From Propionibacteriaceae bacterium (GTDB lineage Bacteria > Actinomycetota > Actinomycetes > Propionibacteriales > Propionibacteriaceae), in assembly GCA_036377435.1 (NCBI GenBank), contig DASUYM010000314.1:547-64546 (forward strand): DNA of 64,000 nucleotides, in the 5' to 3' direction. Shown here one piece after another: positions 36,940 through 45,852 of this stretch. The translations under genes and the position numbers were made by a program. Under the pieces are notes generated by a model. It was not told the DNA's origin and ran no database searches. It was given only the letters and a program-made list of their open reading frames with translations. The stretch's first letter is position 1, and each line of letters starts with the position of its first letter.

Positions 36940-37578
36940 TCAGCTGACTGCAGGCGACCTCTTTCGACGGCCAAGCTTGATCGGGAAGATGAGGAAGAAC
37001 GCAATTACTAGATAGCCGATCACTGCAATGAGCGGCGTAAACCAACCGACCACGATTAGCACGAGATAGAGCGCGAGGCTCGGTCTCAGCCGCTTGGACA
37101 GCAGCGTGATCTCCTCATCGCCGGTGGCTGGGTGCACGAGGTGATGACGCACCGCTTGCACCCACATCAGCGACAAGAGTGACGTCACCGCCAGCAGGGT
37201 GACGCCGAAAATTGTGGCAGCGACTTTCTCGTCTTCGCGAGATCCGAGGTACTCAGCCACCAGTTTGGTGGGAAACGGCAGGAATGACACAACCAGCAGC
37301 AGGGCGAGATTCAGCCTCAGAAGTGTGGCGTTGGCACCATGCATGTAGTGCGTGATCGAGTTGTGTCCCAGCCAAGTCGCACCGATTGTCGCAAAGCTGA
37401 CGATGTAGGCGAGATAGGACGGCCACAGGTCGAGTACTGCCCTGAGCAGATGCCCTTCGGACCCCTCCGGCAGTGAAAGCTCCAGCACCAGCAGGGTGAT
37501 GGCGATGGCGAAGACGCCGTCGCTGAACGCCTCCATTCGGGAAACGCGCACCACCAGGTCGTCGTTTTCGTCAGCCAT
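36940..37578 (-). CDS. TMEM175/DUF1211-family potassium channel-like protein
   Basis: From ATG 37578 the protein reads MADENDDLVVRVSRMEAFSDGVFAIAITLLVLEL, which carries the hallmark FSDGVxAIxxTLLVL. It has 6 TM helices. Confidence 0.8.
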   Translation of the reverse strand: MADENDDLVVRVSRMEAFSDGVFAIAITLLVLELSLPEGSEGHLLRAVLDLWPSYLAYIVSFATIGATWLGHNSITHYMHGANATLLRLNLALLLVVSFLPFPTKLVAEYLGSREDEKVAATIFGVTLLAVTSLLSLMWVQAVRHHLVHPATGDEEITLLSKRLRPSLALYLVLIVVGWFTPLIAVIGYLVIAFFLIFPIKLGRRKRSPAVS

Positions 37579-37700
37579 TTCTGATCCTTCCGCCGAGCGC
37601 GATGACAACTCACCCGCGCAGGGTGATGCCCTCCGATCTCTGGCGGGCCCATACTGCTGACCAGCTTTGAGGACAGTAACGCAGCCCAAAGATCAAGGAG

Positions 37701-38270
37701 ATGGAGATGGCGGTCGACACGTTCGTGGCGTACATCGGTGTGTACCCCACCGTTGAGGATGCGGAGGCGGACTACCAACTAGTGAAGGATCTGCACACCA
37801 AGGCCGGCATGCTGGACGCCTACGACGCCGCGGTGATCGAGAAGCGCGCCGACGGCAAGGTGCGGATCACCAAGAAGCACGAGACGCCGACTCGGGTTGG
37901 CGGAGTGCTCGGCGGCGGTGTTGGTCTGGCTACCGGGCTCGTCTTGGCGCTCTTTCCGTTCGCCGCGATCGGGGGTGGCTTGCTGGCCGCGACCACGGCC
38001 GGTGGGGCCGTGCTCGGTGCGGTGAGCGGTCACGCGGCGGCTGGGATGAGTCGCAACGATCTCAAGGAGCTTGGCGAGTACCTCGATGAGGGCCAAGCAG
38101 GGCTCGTGGTTGTCGGCGTGGTGGAGATGGAAGACGACATCAAACGATCGATGAGCAGGGCCGACAAGGTGGAATCCAGAGAGATAAAGGCCGACACCGA
38201 GGTGATCGAGCAAGACGCCAAGGCCGCTGGTGCCGCGCCCGCTGCGGCGGACACCGCGGGCGAAGACTGA
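37701..38270 (+). CDS. DUF1269-like glycine-zipper membrane protein
   Basis: The sequence is DTFVAYIGVYPTVEDAEADYQLVKDLH...DAAVIEKRADGKVRI...GGVLGGGVGLATGLVLALFPFAAIGGGLLAATTAGGAVLGAVSGHAAAGMSRNDLKELGE. AAGGAG abuts ATG 37701, so ATG 37707 may be the real start. Confidence 0.65.
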   Translation: MEMAVDTFVAYIGVYPTVEDAEADYQLVKDLHTKAGMLDAYDAAVIEKRADGKVRITKKHETPTRVGGVLGGGVGLATGLVLALFPFAAIGGGLLAATTAGGAVLGAVSGHAAAGMSRNDLKELGEYLDEGQAGLVVVGVVEMEDDIKRSMSRADKVESREIKADTEVIEQDAKAAGAAPAAADTAGED

Positions 38271-38307
38271 ATCATCAAATCGTGACGGCGATCAGGACGG
38301 TAGCGCA

Positions 38308-39762
38308 GTGACGGACGATGCTGCGCTGAGTGTGGACGAGCGGGCCGAGCTCGAGCGACTGCGGGCCGAGGTGGCTGACCTGCGCTCGCAAGTTTCCACC
38401 GCGCCCGCACCTGCCGAGCAGGTCGTCATCCCACCCTCGCGACCGCGGCGGCAGCGGTGGCGCTCATTGGTCGCGACCTTGCTCATTGTGATCGGCTGCA
38501 TACTGGCGCCGCTGTCGGTGGTGGCCGTTTGGTCAAAGAACTTGATCACCAATACCGACCGTTACGTGGCCACCGTGGCTCCGCTCGCAGACGATCCGGC
38601 GATCCAGAATGCTGTCGCCGACAGGATCACCGCAGAGATCTTCTCGCACCTCGACGTCGTGGGAATCACCAATCAGGCTGTGGATGCGCTTGCCGAGCGT
38701 GGGTTGCCTCCGCTCGTCGCCAATCGACTCCACGGACTTTCTGAGCCGTTGTCCAGCGGGGTCCAGAGCTTCGTACGAACCGAGGTTGGGAAGGTGGTGG
38801 CGAGCGACGCGTTCGCAGATGGCTGGGTGACCGCTAACCGGGAGGCCCATAGCGCACTGGTCGCGGCCCTTACTGGGCAAACCCGGGAAGGTGTCACGAT
38901 TGAGAACGACACCGTGAGCATCAACCTTGGCCCATTCATCCAAGTGGTTAAGCAGCGGCTCGTCGACAGGGGATTTGAGTTGGCGAATCGCATCCCCAAC
39001 GTCAACCCATCCTTCACAGTTATCCAATCGGAGGCCATCACCAGAGCGCGTGACGCGTTCAATCTCCTCAACACTGTTGGAAACGTGGCCCCCGTCATTG
39101 TTCTGATCTTGTTTGTGATCGGCGTCTATGTCGCAAAAGACCACCGCCGCGCGCTGGTGGGTGTCGGGCTCGGATTGGCTGGCGGCATGTTGGCGCTGGG
39201 GCTGGCGCTCGCCTGGTTCCGAATGATCTACCTCAATGAACTTCCTCTGGGCGTGTTGACCCGGGACGCCGCAGGTTCCTTCTACGACACCCTGGTGCGG
39301 TTCCTGCGGCTGGGGCTCCGTACGGTCTTGGTCTTTGGCCTGATTGTCGCTCTGGGCGGGTTCCTCACCGGCCGTTCGACCACCGCGGTACGGACCCGCG
39401 CGGCGCTGGGCTCAGGTATCGGTTGGCTGCGAGGCGGTGCCGAGAAAGCTGGCTTCCGCACCGGGCCCGTTGGTGCCTGGGTCTACACGTACAAGCGGGT
39501 GCTGCGGATCGTCGTGCTTGCGATAGCAGCGCTGGTGCTGGTCTTCTGGGATCAACCAACCGGGAAGGTGATCATCGGTATAACGCTGGGAGTGCTGGTT
39601 GCGCTGGTGATCATCGAGTTCCTTGGCCGGCCACCCAGTCCGGTTGCTCCGGAGCCCGAGATTCCTCCTGATGGAGAGGTGAGCGACTCTGCTCCGCCAA
39701 CCGAACCTGTGCTGACAACCTCACAAGCTCAGGACGCAACGAAAGCCGATATGCGTGGTTGA
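38308..39762 (+). CDS. integral membrane protein, function unknown
   Basis: GTG 38308 opens a coiled-coil N-terminus (ERAELERLRAEVADLRSQV), then a TM helix, a large soluble domain, 4-5 C-terminal TM helices and a Pro-rich tail. Confidence 0.55.
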   Translation: MTDDAALSVDERAELERLRAEVADLRSQVSTAPAPAEQVVIPPSRPRRQRWRSLVATLLIVIGCILAPLSVVAVWSKNLITNTDRYVATVAPLADDPAIQNAVADRITAEIFSHLDVVGITNQAVDALAERGLPPLVANRLHGLSEPLSSGVQSFVRTEVGKVVASDAFADGWVTANREAHSALVAALTGQTREGVTIENDTVSINLGPFIQVVKQRLVDRGFELANRIPNVNPSFTVIQSEAITRARDAFNLLNTVGNVAPVIVLILFVIGVYVAKDHRRALVGVGLGLAGGMLALGLALAWFRMIYLNELPLGVLTRDAAGSFYDTLVRFLRLGLRTVLVFGLIVALGGFLTGRSTTAVRTRAALGSGIGWLRGGAEKAGFRTGPVGAWVYTYKRVLRIVVLAIAALVLVFWDQPTGKVIIGITLGVLVALVIIEFLGRPPSPVAPEPEIPPDGEVSDSAPPTEPVLTTSQAQDATKADMRG

Positions 39763-40599
39763 GGTGTCGAGCGACTGAGGTGATCGCGCCGCCGGGCGGT
39801 AGCGCAGACAGTACTCGGGAGCGCACAGATGTGATCCACCCTTCAGAGCCTTGCGGGTCGTCTGATCGGGCGCAGCGGTGGGGCCACAGCACGGCGATGT
39901 CACGTTATGCCTCGCCTGATATGTGGTGGTCGTCCATTCCCAGACATTGCCGATCATGTCGACCAGCCCGAACCCATTAGGCGGAAACGACCCCACCGGA
40001 GACGTGCCGACCCAGCCGTGAGCGCCCGCGTTCTCGTAGGGGAACCGCCCCTGCCAGGTGTTCGCCATCAACTGACCGTCTGGCCTGACCTCCTCGCCCC
40101 AGGCGTACGTCGACGTGCTGCCCGCTCGGGCGGCGTACTCCCACTCGGCCTCGCTCGGGAGGCGACGACCCGCCCAATTCGCGTACGCCTCGGCGTCCGG
40201 ATAAGCGACCTGAACCACAGGGTGGTCGGGCTTCTCCTCGATCCTGGATTCAGGGCCGAACGGATGCCGCCAGTCGGCACCCACCGACCAGCGCCACCAC
40301 TGCCGCCAGTTGCTCATGTCGACCGGTCCGGCTGTAGAGGCAAACGCCAGTGCGCCTGGTTCAAGCTCTTCAGGGGGAAGGTCAGGGAACAACACCCGAT
40401 CGAGTGGACGCTCAGCCATCGTCACGTATCCCGTCTCTGAAACGAACTCTGAGAACTGCGCGTTGGTGACGGGGTGCTGCTCGATCGCGAACGGCTGGAC
40501 ACGCTCGTCATGGACCGGCCCCTCGTCGGGATAGAACTGCTGGGAGCCCATCCGGAAGACTCCCCCGGTCAGCTCGACCAGATCCGACAATATGCCCAC
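39721..40599 (-). CDS. formylglycine-generating enzyme (SUMF1/FGE) family protein
   Basis: Motifs are GGVFRMGS, HPVTNAQFSEFVSETGY, RLPSEAEWEYAARAG, GNVWEWT and KGGSHLCAPEYCLRYRPAAR. The start is GTG. Confidence 0.85.
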   Translation of the reverse strand: MGILSDLVELTGGVFRMGSQQFYPDEGPVHDERVQPFAIEQHPVTNAQFSEFVSETGYVTMAERPLDRVLFPDLPPEELEPGALAFASTAGPVDMSNWRQWWRWSVGADWRHPFGPESRIEEKPDHPVVQVAYPDAEAYANWAGRRLPSEAEWEYAARAGSTSTYAWGEEVRPDGQLMANTWQGRFPYENAGAHGWVGTSPVGSFPPNGFGLVDMIGNVWEWTTTTYQARHNVTSPCCGPTAAPDQTTRKALKGGSHLCAPEYCLRYRPAARSPQSLDTSTTHIGFRCVLSL

Positions 40600-40834
40600 G
40601 AGGATGACGCTAGCTTCTCCGGGTCGGCGTCACTCAAAGATCACCCCTAAAGAGTGATGCCTCACCCAGCCGATCAGGAGCACTGTGCCGTTATCGAACA
40701 ATCGCGTCGCGAGTCAACCCGTGGAGGGGCGGCATGTCCATAACGACTCCCAGAGCAAACCGGTGGGCGGTCGGAATTACGGTCTTTGCTAACTGGGCCC
40801 TGGCCACCAGCGGCCAAGCGGCCACCTCACGGTC

Positions 40835-41113
40835 ATGACCAGAGGCGCTGGGCGCCTCACCTATGAGATACGCGTACGCGGTGAGTTGACCGATGCACTC
40901 GTCGCTGCACTGCAGGCTCTGAACCTGCACATCGAACAGACAACGAGCGGCACGATCCTGGTTGGGGTCTTCCGCGATCAGGCAGAACTTCACGGTGCGC
41001 TGCAGGCCATGCAAGATCTTGGCGTTGAGTTGGTGGAAGTGCGGCAAAGATCAAGCTGGACGAGAGATGGCGACCCACCTAGCATGAGGAATGGTGCGTC
41101 TTCGGGGGATTGA
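40835..41113 (+). CDS. small conserved hypothetical protein upstream of LAL regulator
   Basis: The ORF is 92 aa: RLTYEIRVRGELTDALVAALQALNLHIEQTTSGTILVGVFRDQAELHGALQAMQDLGVELVEVRQ. This ACT-like pattern is seen in many actinobacterial small proteins. Confidence 0.5.
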   Translation: MTRGAGRLTYEIRVRGELTDALVAALQALNLHIEQTTSGTILVGVFRDQAELHGALQAMQDLGVELVEVRQRSSWTRDGDPPSMRNGASSGD

Positions 41114-41192
41114 CGCAGCTGATCCTCGCCGCGGCACCGTCAGGGAACGAGCGCTCCCGGACAGCTCAAGCGAATGGCCTTGCAGCGGAAGG

Positions 41193-43715
41193 ATGGCGAT
41201 CTCTCAAGACGGTGTGATCACTCGTCGAAGGCTTCTGCAGTTCGGTAGAAGCGCTTCGGAGCCCATTACGCTCGTGTCCGCCCCAGCGGGCTATGGCAAG
41301 ACCACGCTGTTGCAGCAATGGGCTCCAGACACCGGCGGTCCGGTGGTCTGGCTAGACCCAGTGGAGACCACGGATAGCTGGCAGCTTTGGGGTCGGATCA
41401 CCGATGCTCTGAGTCTCCCGGCCGTCACGCTGATCATCGACGACGTCCATCTCCTGGAGGGCAACCGCGGCAGCTGGCTGTTGAAGGATGCGCTGCATCT
41501 GGCCGATGGCATGCGACACATTGTCATCGCAACACGCCGTGATCCGATCCTGGCGCTCCATGCGGCCAGGCTTGCCGGCAAGGTGCGGGAAATCAGAGCT
41601 GATGACCTGGCCTTTGACGAGGACGAGACTCGGCTGTTCCTGATTGCGAACAACATTGTCGTCAGTCCGGAGCAGACACATGCGCTCTGGTTGCACACCG
41701 AAGGCTGGCCAGCCGGGCTCAGGCTGTCCACAACGCCCTTGTCTCACGGCGCCCATTCGGACGACGCTTTCTCTACCTTGCTGCACGGCGACACCGCGGT
41801 GGGCAGCTACCTGATGGGCCAAGCACTCGCTTATACAGCTGACGATGTCCGTACGTTCCTCCTCCAAACGGCGGTGAGCGAGTTCCTCGACGTCGAGCTT
41901 GCGCAGGAACTTACAGGCCGCTCCGATGCGGCGTTGCTGTTGGAACGAGTGCGTTACCAGCCGGGTTTTCTCCATCGGCTCACGGGAGGCCGTTGGCCCT
42001 ATCGCTATCACCCCATGTTTCGTGCCCTGCTGCTCGCTGAACTGATGCGATCCTCGCCTGAGGAGCTTCGCCGACTGTCGGCTCGGGCCGCGGCATGGTT
42101 CTCCAAACAAGGTGAGCACATCCGCGCAGCTCCCATAGCTGTACAGGGTCAGTCATGGGAGGCCCTCGGCGAGGCTGTTCTGGCCGGATCATGTGTGGCA
42201 CTCGCGACAGGGGACTGGACCTGGGTCCGGACAGCATTCGCCCGATTGCCGACCTCCGGCCGGGATGACGATCTCAGCATGCTGCTGTCATCGGTCTTGA
42301 TCAGCCTCGGCACCGGTGCCCGGATGGAAGCGTTGGCGTCGCTGTCGGGGATCTTGGATGCTAGGCCGCGTCCTCGGGCGCGACAGCAGGCCGACGTACT
42401 CCGGTTCCTCAGAGCCTGGTGGTTCGCCGAGCGAGGTCAGCCAGAATTGGCGGTACGGATCCTCGAGGTCGATCCTCACCACGACCCGACCGCTGCTTCA
42501 ACCGCTGCCTCGCACGCATTGAAGTCCAAATGGCATGAATTGCACGCCGCATGTCTTCTCCTCGAAGGGCCATCAAGCACAGCGGTGACAATGCTCAACG
42601 AGTCCAATGCCTCAAGTGCCGTGGCGTACACGGCCGTGCAACTTGGAGCACTCGAGATCCGAGCATGGGAAGCGATCGTTGCCGGGGATCTTCGCTCGGC
42701 TCAGCAGCAGCTAGATCGGGCCGAAGCACTTATGGACCGCGAGAGCGATCCGGGCACGCTCTATCAGGGGGCAACGATTCCGGCAGCGCGGCACTGGGTC
42801 GAGATGGAGCTAGGCAGCGGAAATGCAGCGTCACCTGATCATCTGGAGACCAGCCCTGCTCGATCTGCGTTTCCCCACCCGATCAGCCAGGCGCTGGAAA
42901 CCATTGCGGACGCGCGTATGCGCCTGGTCCGACATAACGACTCGCTGGGCTGCGCCTTGATGCTGGATGAGCTGATCGTGACAAATCCGTCCGTTCAGCG
43001 ATGGTGGACGACCGGATGCTTGTGGGCAATTGCCCGCATCGACGCCCACCTTGCCGCAGGCGAATTCTCAAAAGGTCTCCATCTGGCACTGAATTCATCG
43101 CCGGCGAACGATGTCGACGACGGAACGCACAATCAGTCGTATCTGCAGGCGTGGATCATGCAGCGTGCCGCCTTTGATTCTGGGACGGGCCAGCTCAACA
43201 CAGATCTGGATCAATTGATGAGCAATCTGCCTGTTGAGTCGGCGTTGCTTCATGGCCGATCTGAAGCGCTGCGAGTACGAGTGCTGCTGGGCGCTGCGAG
43301 TCTGGCTCTGCGGGCGAGGATGCCTGACAAGGCCTCGCATTATCTTCGGCTCGCGTTGCATAGCACCGTGATCCACGGCTGGCGCCGCCCGTACGGTGAG
43401 ATTGCTGCGGCGATCATGCCGGTGCTGGAGGCCGAGCGGCGTCGGATCACGGCGTACGGAGAGCAGGTGGTCGATCTACTTGGCTATCTCCGGGGGCAGC
43501 CGGTCTCCGGAGTTCGGTTGACTGATCCGCTCTCGGAGCGGGAATTGGAGATCCTGCAGTATCTACCGACTCCGCTGGACCAGCGCGAGCTCTGCTCGGC
43601 TCTCTTCATCTCCAGGAACACGCTGAAGACCCACTTGCGCTCGACGTACCGCAAACTTGGCGTGCAGACGCGTCGCGAGGCCGTGCTCCAGGCGGAGCGG
43701 CTCGGACTCCTCTAA
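41193..43715 (+). CDS. LuxR-family large ATP-binding (LAL/MalT-like) transcriptional regulator
   Basis: The Walker A motif is VSAPAGYGKTTLLQQW. A long helical/TPR-like middle region follows. The C-terminal HTH is LSERELEILQYLPTPLDQRELCSALFISRNTLKTHLRSTYRKLGV. The ORF is open from 41091. Confidence 0.8.
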   Translation: MAISQDGVITRRRLLQFGRSASEPITLVSAPAGYGKTTLLQQWAPDTGGPVVWLDPVETTDSWQLWGRITDALSLPAVTLIIDDVHLLEGNRGSWLLKDALHLADGMRHIVIATRRDPILALHAARLAGKVREIRADDLAFDEDETRLFLIANNIVVSPEQTHALWLHTEGWPAGLRLSTTPLSHGAHSDDAFSTLLHGDTAVGSYLMGQALAYTADDVRTFLLQTAVSEFLDVELAQELTGRSDAALLLERVRYQPGFLHRLTGGRWPYRYHPMFRALLLAELMRSSPEELRRLSARAAAWFSKQGEHIRAAPIAVQGQSWEALGEAVLAGSCVALATGDWTWVRTAFARLPTSGRDDDLSMLLSSVLISLGTGARMEALASLSGILDARPRPRARQQADVLRFLRAWWFAERGQPELAVRILEVDPHHDPTAASTAASHALKSKWHELHAACLLLEGPSSTAVTMLNESNASSAVAYTAVQLGALEIRAWEAIVAGDLRSAQQQLDRAEALMDRESDPGTLYQGATIPAARHWVEMELGSGNAASPDHLETSPARSAFPHPISQALETIADARMRLVRHNDSLGCALMLDELIVTNPSVQRWWTTGCLWAIARIDAHLAAGEFSKGLHLALNSSPANDVDDGTHNQSYLQAWIMQRAAFDSGTGQLNTDLDQLMSNLPVESALLHGRSEALRVRVLLGAASLALRARMPDKASHYLRLALHSTVIHGWRRPYGEIAAAIMPVLEAERRRITAYGEQVVDLLGYLRGQPVSGVRLTDPLSERELEILQYLPTPLDQRELCSALFISRNTLKTHLRSTYRKLGVQTRREAVLQAERLGLL

Positions 43716-44893
43716 GTCTCTGAAGCTTTGGCGTCAGGTTCCTGTGTCGGCTCGACAGAAGGGGACTCCAGTGCGGGTGATTGCGTCGTCGTATCCACGG
43801 CATCAGATTCCTTGCCTTGAGCCTGTTCCGACACATCGCCAGGTTTTTCGCTGGACAAGAGAACTCCCACCCAGTCCTGGTCGGGATCGACATCGACAAG
43901 CAAGGCCTTAACCAGCAGGCTGAGCGGAATAGCAAGAAATGCTCCAGAAGCGCCGAGAATCGTGGACCAGACGATCAACGACAGGAAGCTTAGGGTGGCC
44001 GAGAGTCCGACTGTGACGCCGACGACCCTCGGTTGAATAATGGTTTGGATGACAAAGTTCAATACGCAGTAGACCACGACCACGATAATTGCGGTAACGA
44101 CGTCCTTTTCGAGCAACGCGATTATTGTTGGTGGCACCAACCCGATAATGAACCCGATATTGGGGATGTAGTTGGTAATAAATGCCAACAGTGCCCAGAG
44201 CCAGGCATAACGGATGTCGAGAATCCACAGCGCGATGAAGTCGCAGAATGCGACAACCGCGCCGAAGACCGTTGCTACCGCGAGATATTGGCGGGAGCCA
44301 TGAGCGAACCGATCAAATACTTCCGCGAGCCGCTGACCGTGCACTGGGACGCGTTTTAGCTTCGAGGCGAAGTCTCCCGCGTCGACAACTGTGAAGAACA
44401 GCAGCACGATGAGGAAGAAGATGTTGCTCAATACGCCGGCGAGCCCGCCGAGCAGGCTGCCCGCTACCCCAACGAGTCTGCTTGGGCTGAGGTCGTTCAC
44501 AAAGCCTTGGAGCTGCTCCTGGCTTACTCCGACCGACTCGAGTAGTTGAACGGCCTGCTGTAAGAAGGCCTGGAATTGTGGGCCGTAATCCTGCAGCAGG
44601 GTCGCGAACTGGATGCCTCCGATCACCAGAATCGTGGTAAGCCCGAAAACGATCCCGTAGACCGCGATGAGGCTGAGGATCATTCCCAGCCAGGCCGGTA
44701 ACCGGTAACGGTCAGCCAGCTTTCGTATGGGGTGGACGGCGATCGAGAGCACCAATGCCATGAACACCGGACCGAGGATGTTGGCGAATTGCCTCATGCC
44801 CAGAGCCGCGACTAGCGCGGCGGCGAGTCCGAGAAGGATGATCAGCCCACGGGGGAACCCCGGACGGATGCTGACGCCAATCTGCGAGCTCAT
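43712..44893 (-). CDS. AI-2E (PerM/UPF0118) family transporter
   Basis: The ORF is 393 aa with 8 TM helices and a typical C-terminal polar tail. Motifs include LGPVFMALVLSIAVHP and FITNYIPNIGFIIG. Confidence 0.75.
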   Translation of the reverse strand: MSSQIGVSIRPGFPRGLIILLGLAAALVAALGMRQFANILGPVFMALVLSIAVHPIRKLADRYRLPAWLGMILSLIAVYGIVFGLTTILVIGGIQFATLLQDYGPQFQAFLQQAVQLLESVGVSQEQLQGFVNDLSPSRLVGVAGSLLGGLAGVLSNIFFLIVLLFFTVVDAGDFASKLKRVPVHGQRLAEVFDRFAHGSRQYLAVATVFGAVVAFCDFIALWILDIRYAWLWALLAFITNYIPNIGFIIGLVPPTIIALLEKDVVTAIIVVVVYCVLNFVIQTIIQPRVVGVTVGLSATLSFLSLIVWSTILGASGAFLAIPLSLLVKALLVDVDPDQDWVGVLLSSEKPGDVSEQAQGKESDAVDTTTQSPALESPSVEPTQEPDAKASET

Positions 44894-44960
44894 GGGAAGA
44901 GACTAGGGGACTTGTCCGCCGCGCGAATCGTCCTTCGGCGACTGCGTCCAATTTCTTGCG

Positions 44961-44974
44961 CAGACTTGTCAGCG
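44961..44974 (-). promoter_or_regulatory. 14-nt motif CGCTGACAAGTCTG (copy a, on minus strand)
   Basis: The plus strand reads CAGACTTGTCAGCG. It lies 68 nt upstream of the AI-2E gene start, in the same orientation as that gene. Confidence 0.35.
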
Positions 44975-44984
44975 CGCAGATGAA

Positions 44985-45692
44985 TTATGGGCGCGTACGA
45001 GTGGTGTCAACCCGATCCGACGCCGGGGCGTTCTCGAGGAACGCGAGTACGGCGACAACCCGGCGGTGGACGGGCGCAGCCGAGATGCCTAGCTTGGCGA
45101 AGATCGCGTTGACGTGCTTTTCTACGGTCGACTCGGAGAGAAACAGGGCTTCCTCGATGCCTGCATTGGTCTTGCCCTGAGCCATCTCCCGGAGGACGTC
45201 CAGCTCGCGCGGAGTCAGGGAGGCTAGCGGGCTTGAGGCGCGTGTCTGCTGTCGCGCGACCAGGGTATCGATGATCAGCGGATCGACGACCGATCCCCCG
45301 GACGCCACCTCATGAAGCGCGCGGACCAGGTCCTCAAGATCACCGACCCGATCTTTGAGCAGGTACGCCAAACCTGCGGAGCCGTCATTAAACAGGGCGC
45401 GGGCGTAACTCTCATCTGTGTGCTGCGACAGCACCACGACGCCGATCTCGGGGAGTTCGGCACGAACGCTGGTTCCGGCACCCAACCGGCTCTCGATCGT
45501 GAGCTGGCCGTGTAGCGCCTCGACGCGGTCACGGATGTTGGCCAAACCCCCGGAACGGGCACCGTTCAGCTCGAACCCGCGACCGTCGTCCTCAACAACG
45601 AGGCAGAGTCGGCTGCCTGAATGCGAGAGCCGGACCCGAGCGTCCCCACACGGCAACTGCGACGCTGACTGGTGCCAACGGCCGCAGGTCAT
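44985..45692 (-). pseudogene. in-frame chimera: C-terminal HATPase fragment of a histidine kinase fused to a NarL/LuxR response regulator lacking its N-terminal receiver half
   Basis: The HK G1/G2 region is ARVRLSHSGSRLCLVVEDDGRGF...GGLANIRDRVEALHGQLTIESRLGAGTSVRAELP. It is joined directly to the REC beta4 onward (VVVLSQHTDESYARALFNDGSAGLAYLLKD). The HTH LTPRELDVLREMAQGKTNAGIEEALFLSESTVEKHVNAIFAKLG follows. The rest of the 440-aa ORF is antisense to the antiporter gene. Confidence 0.6.
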
Positions 45693-45740
45693 GCGTGGCA
45701 ACGGTGACCATTGCTCCTCCTCGTCAATAACGACCGCCCA

Positions 45741-45754
45741 CGCTGACAAGTCGG
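45741..45754 (+). promoter_or_regulatory. 14-nt motif CGCTGACAAGTCGG (copy b)
   Basis: It lies 99 nt upstream of the antiporter GTG 45853 and 49 nt upstream of the chimera ATG on the other strand. Confidence 0.35.
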
Positions 45755-45852
45755 AGGCGGGGGTGCGCGTACGGGCGTAGTGTGTGCCTCGGTGTGCCGG
45801 GAAGGCTGGTCGGCAATCGCTTCGCTTCGTCGACTCTGCCGAGGAGCAGCAC

